From Planctomycetota bacterium (lineage in GTDB: Bacteria > Planctomycetota > SZUA-567 > H5-PLA8): a DNA stretch of 18,809 nt. Below the pieces are notes generated by a model. It searched no databases, was not told the DNA's origin, and saw nothing but the letters and a program-made list of their open reading frames with translations. Positions 18,059-18,809 of the stretch are shown piece by piece. The stretch covers positions 1 to 18,809 of the forward strand of contig BTVV01000120.1 in assembly GCA_045863855.1 (NCBI GenBank). Direction: 5' to 3'. Positions within the stretch are counted from its first letter, which is position 1. Each line of letters begins with the position of its first letter. Position numbers and translations under genes: made by a program.

Positions 18059-18809
18059 ATGCCTGAATCGAATCAAACAGCCTTGGCTGAATGTGACGAC
18101 GCAGCCTTGATGACGCGGATCGGAGCCCGCCGTGATCGCGAGGCGTTCGCTGTGTTGTTCGAACGCCACCAGCATGCAGCGTACAGCATGGCTCGGTACA
18201 TGGCTCGCGCTACGGGTCAGGCCGAGGAGGCATTTCAGGAAGCGATGCTGCGTGTTTGGACCGCTGCTCCTCAATGGCGGCAGGAGGGTTCGGTGCGTAA
18301 CTGGATATTGAAAATCGTGGTGCGCGAAAGCTTAAGGCTTAACCGTTCGCAGCAGCGCGAGAGGAGCCGCAGGATGCGCAAGGTCGAGTTGGAGGGCGTA
18401 CTGGATACCAAGGAGGCGGCGCCGTCTCGACCGCAGGAAGATTCGGAACTGCTTGGCGCGTTGCGTGCGAGCCTGGACCGGCTCGACGAATCGAACCGGC
18501 AGATGCTGGCGTTGTACTTCGGCGCGGGGATGTCGCAGGAAGAAATTGGTGAATCGCTTGAGGTGCCTCAGACGACAGTCTCGCGAAGGATCCAGCAACT
18601 ACTCAAGATGCTGAAGGTGGAACTCTCGAAGAGCGGCTGCGCGGTGGCGATTCCGCTGCTGACAAAGGAAGGGCTGTGCCGAGCGTTATGTGAGGGGTCG
18701 CTGGCTCCGCCTGAACTGCGCGCGAAGGTGCTTTCGAACCTGGGCCGAGAGGCGGCTCGAATGTCGCGGCGAGTGGTTCAAGCACAAAGCAGCGGCTACG
18801 GCACAGCCC
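18059..18809 (+). CDS. ECF-type sigma-70 family RNA polymerase sigma factor with C-terminal extension, 3'-truncated (absent from the ORF track)
   Basis: Manual translation, open to the window end. Sigma2: DDAALMTRIGARRDREAFAVLFERHQHAAY...AEEAFQEAMLRVW...SVRNWILKIVVR. Sigma4: LDRLDESNRQMLALYFGAGMSQEEIGESLEVPQTTVSRRI. More than 55 residues follow sigma4. RBS GAGG at 18048-18051. Confidence 0.88.
   Translation, partial: MPESNQTALAECDDAALMTRIGARRDREAFAVLFERHQHAAYSMARYMARATGQAEEAFQEAMLRVWTAAPQWRQEGSVRNWILKIVVRESLRLNRSQQRERSRRMRKVELEGVLDTKEAAPSRPQEDSELLGALRASLDRLDESNRQMLALYFGAGMSQEEIGESLEVPQTTVSRRIQQLLKMLKVELSKSGCAVAIPLLTKEGLCRALCEGSLAPPELRAKVLSNLGREAARMSRRVVQAQSSGYGTA

Noticed and set aside
18038..18785. 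Three short minus-strand ORFs at the window end
   Set aside because: They are antisense to the plus-strand ECF sigma factor gene.

Overview
GC-rich bacterial window that looks like Planctomycetota or related PVC (inferred from the groEL-groES-groEL-dnaJ-grpE order and an ECF sigma factor with a C-terminal extension). Left to right it holds: a 5'-truncated HEAT-repeat protein, a TIM-barrel sugar epimerase, a secreted hypothetical protein, a ~170-bp palindromic MITE-like element, the minus-strand chaperone cluster groEL-groES-groEL-dnaJ-grpE, a second TIM-barrel isomerase, thpR, mqnA, icd, a putative lipoprotein, a ~570-bp repeat region (14-bp tandem repeat plus REP-like hairpins), and a lower-GC segment with a 3'-truncated ECF sigma factor that the ORF track missed. 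Most genes are housekeeping. The most notable signals are: (i) an apparent sigma54 promoter layout (-24/-12 box, IHF-like site, paired upstream palindromes, no CIRCE) upstream of the chaperonin operon; (ii) two divergent GroELs sharing one GroES, neither with a GGM tail and one with a His-rich tail; (iii) a same-orientation array of REP-like hairpin modules at a GC boundary. I cannot establish a wholly new system from sequence alone.
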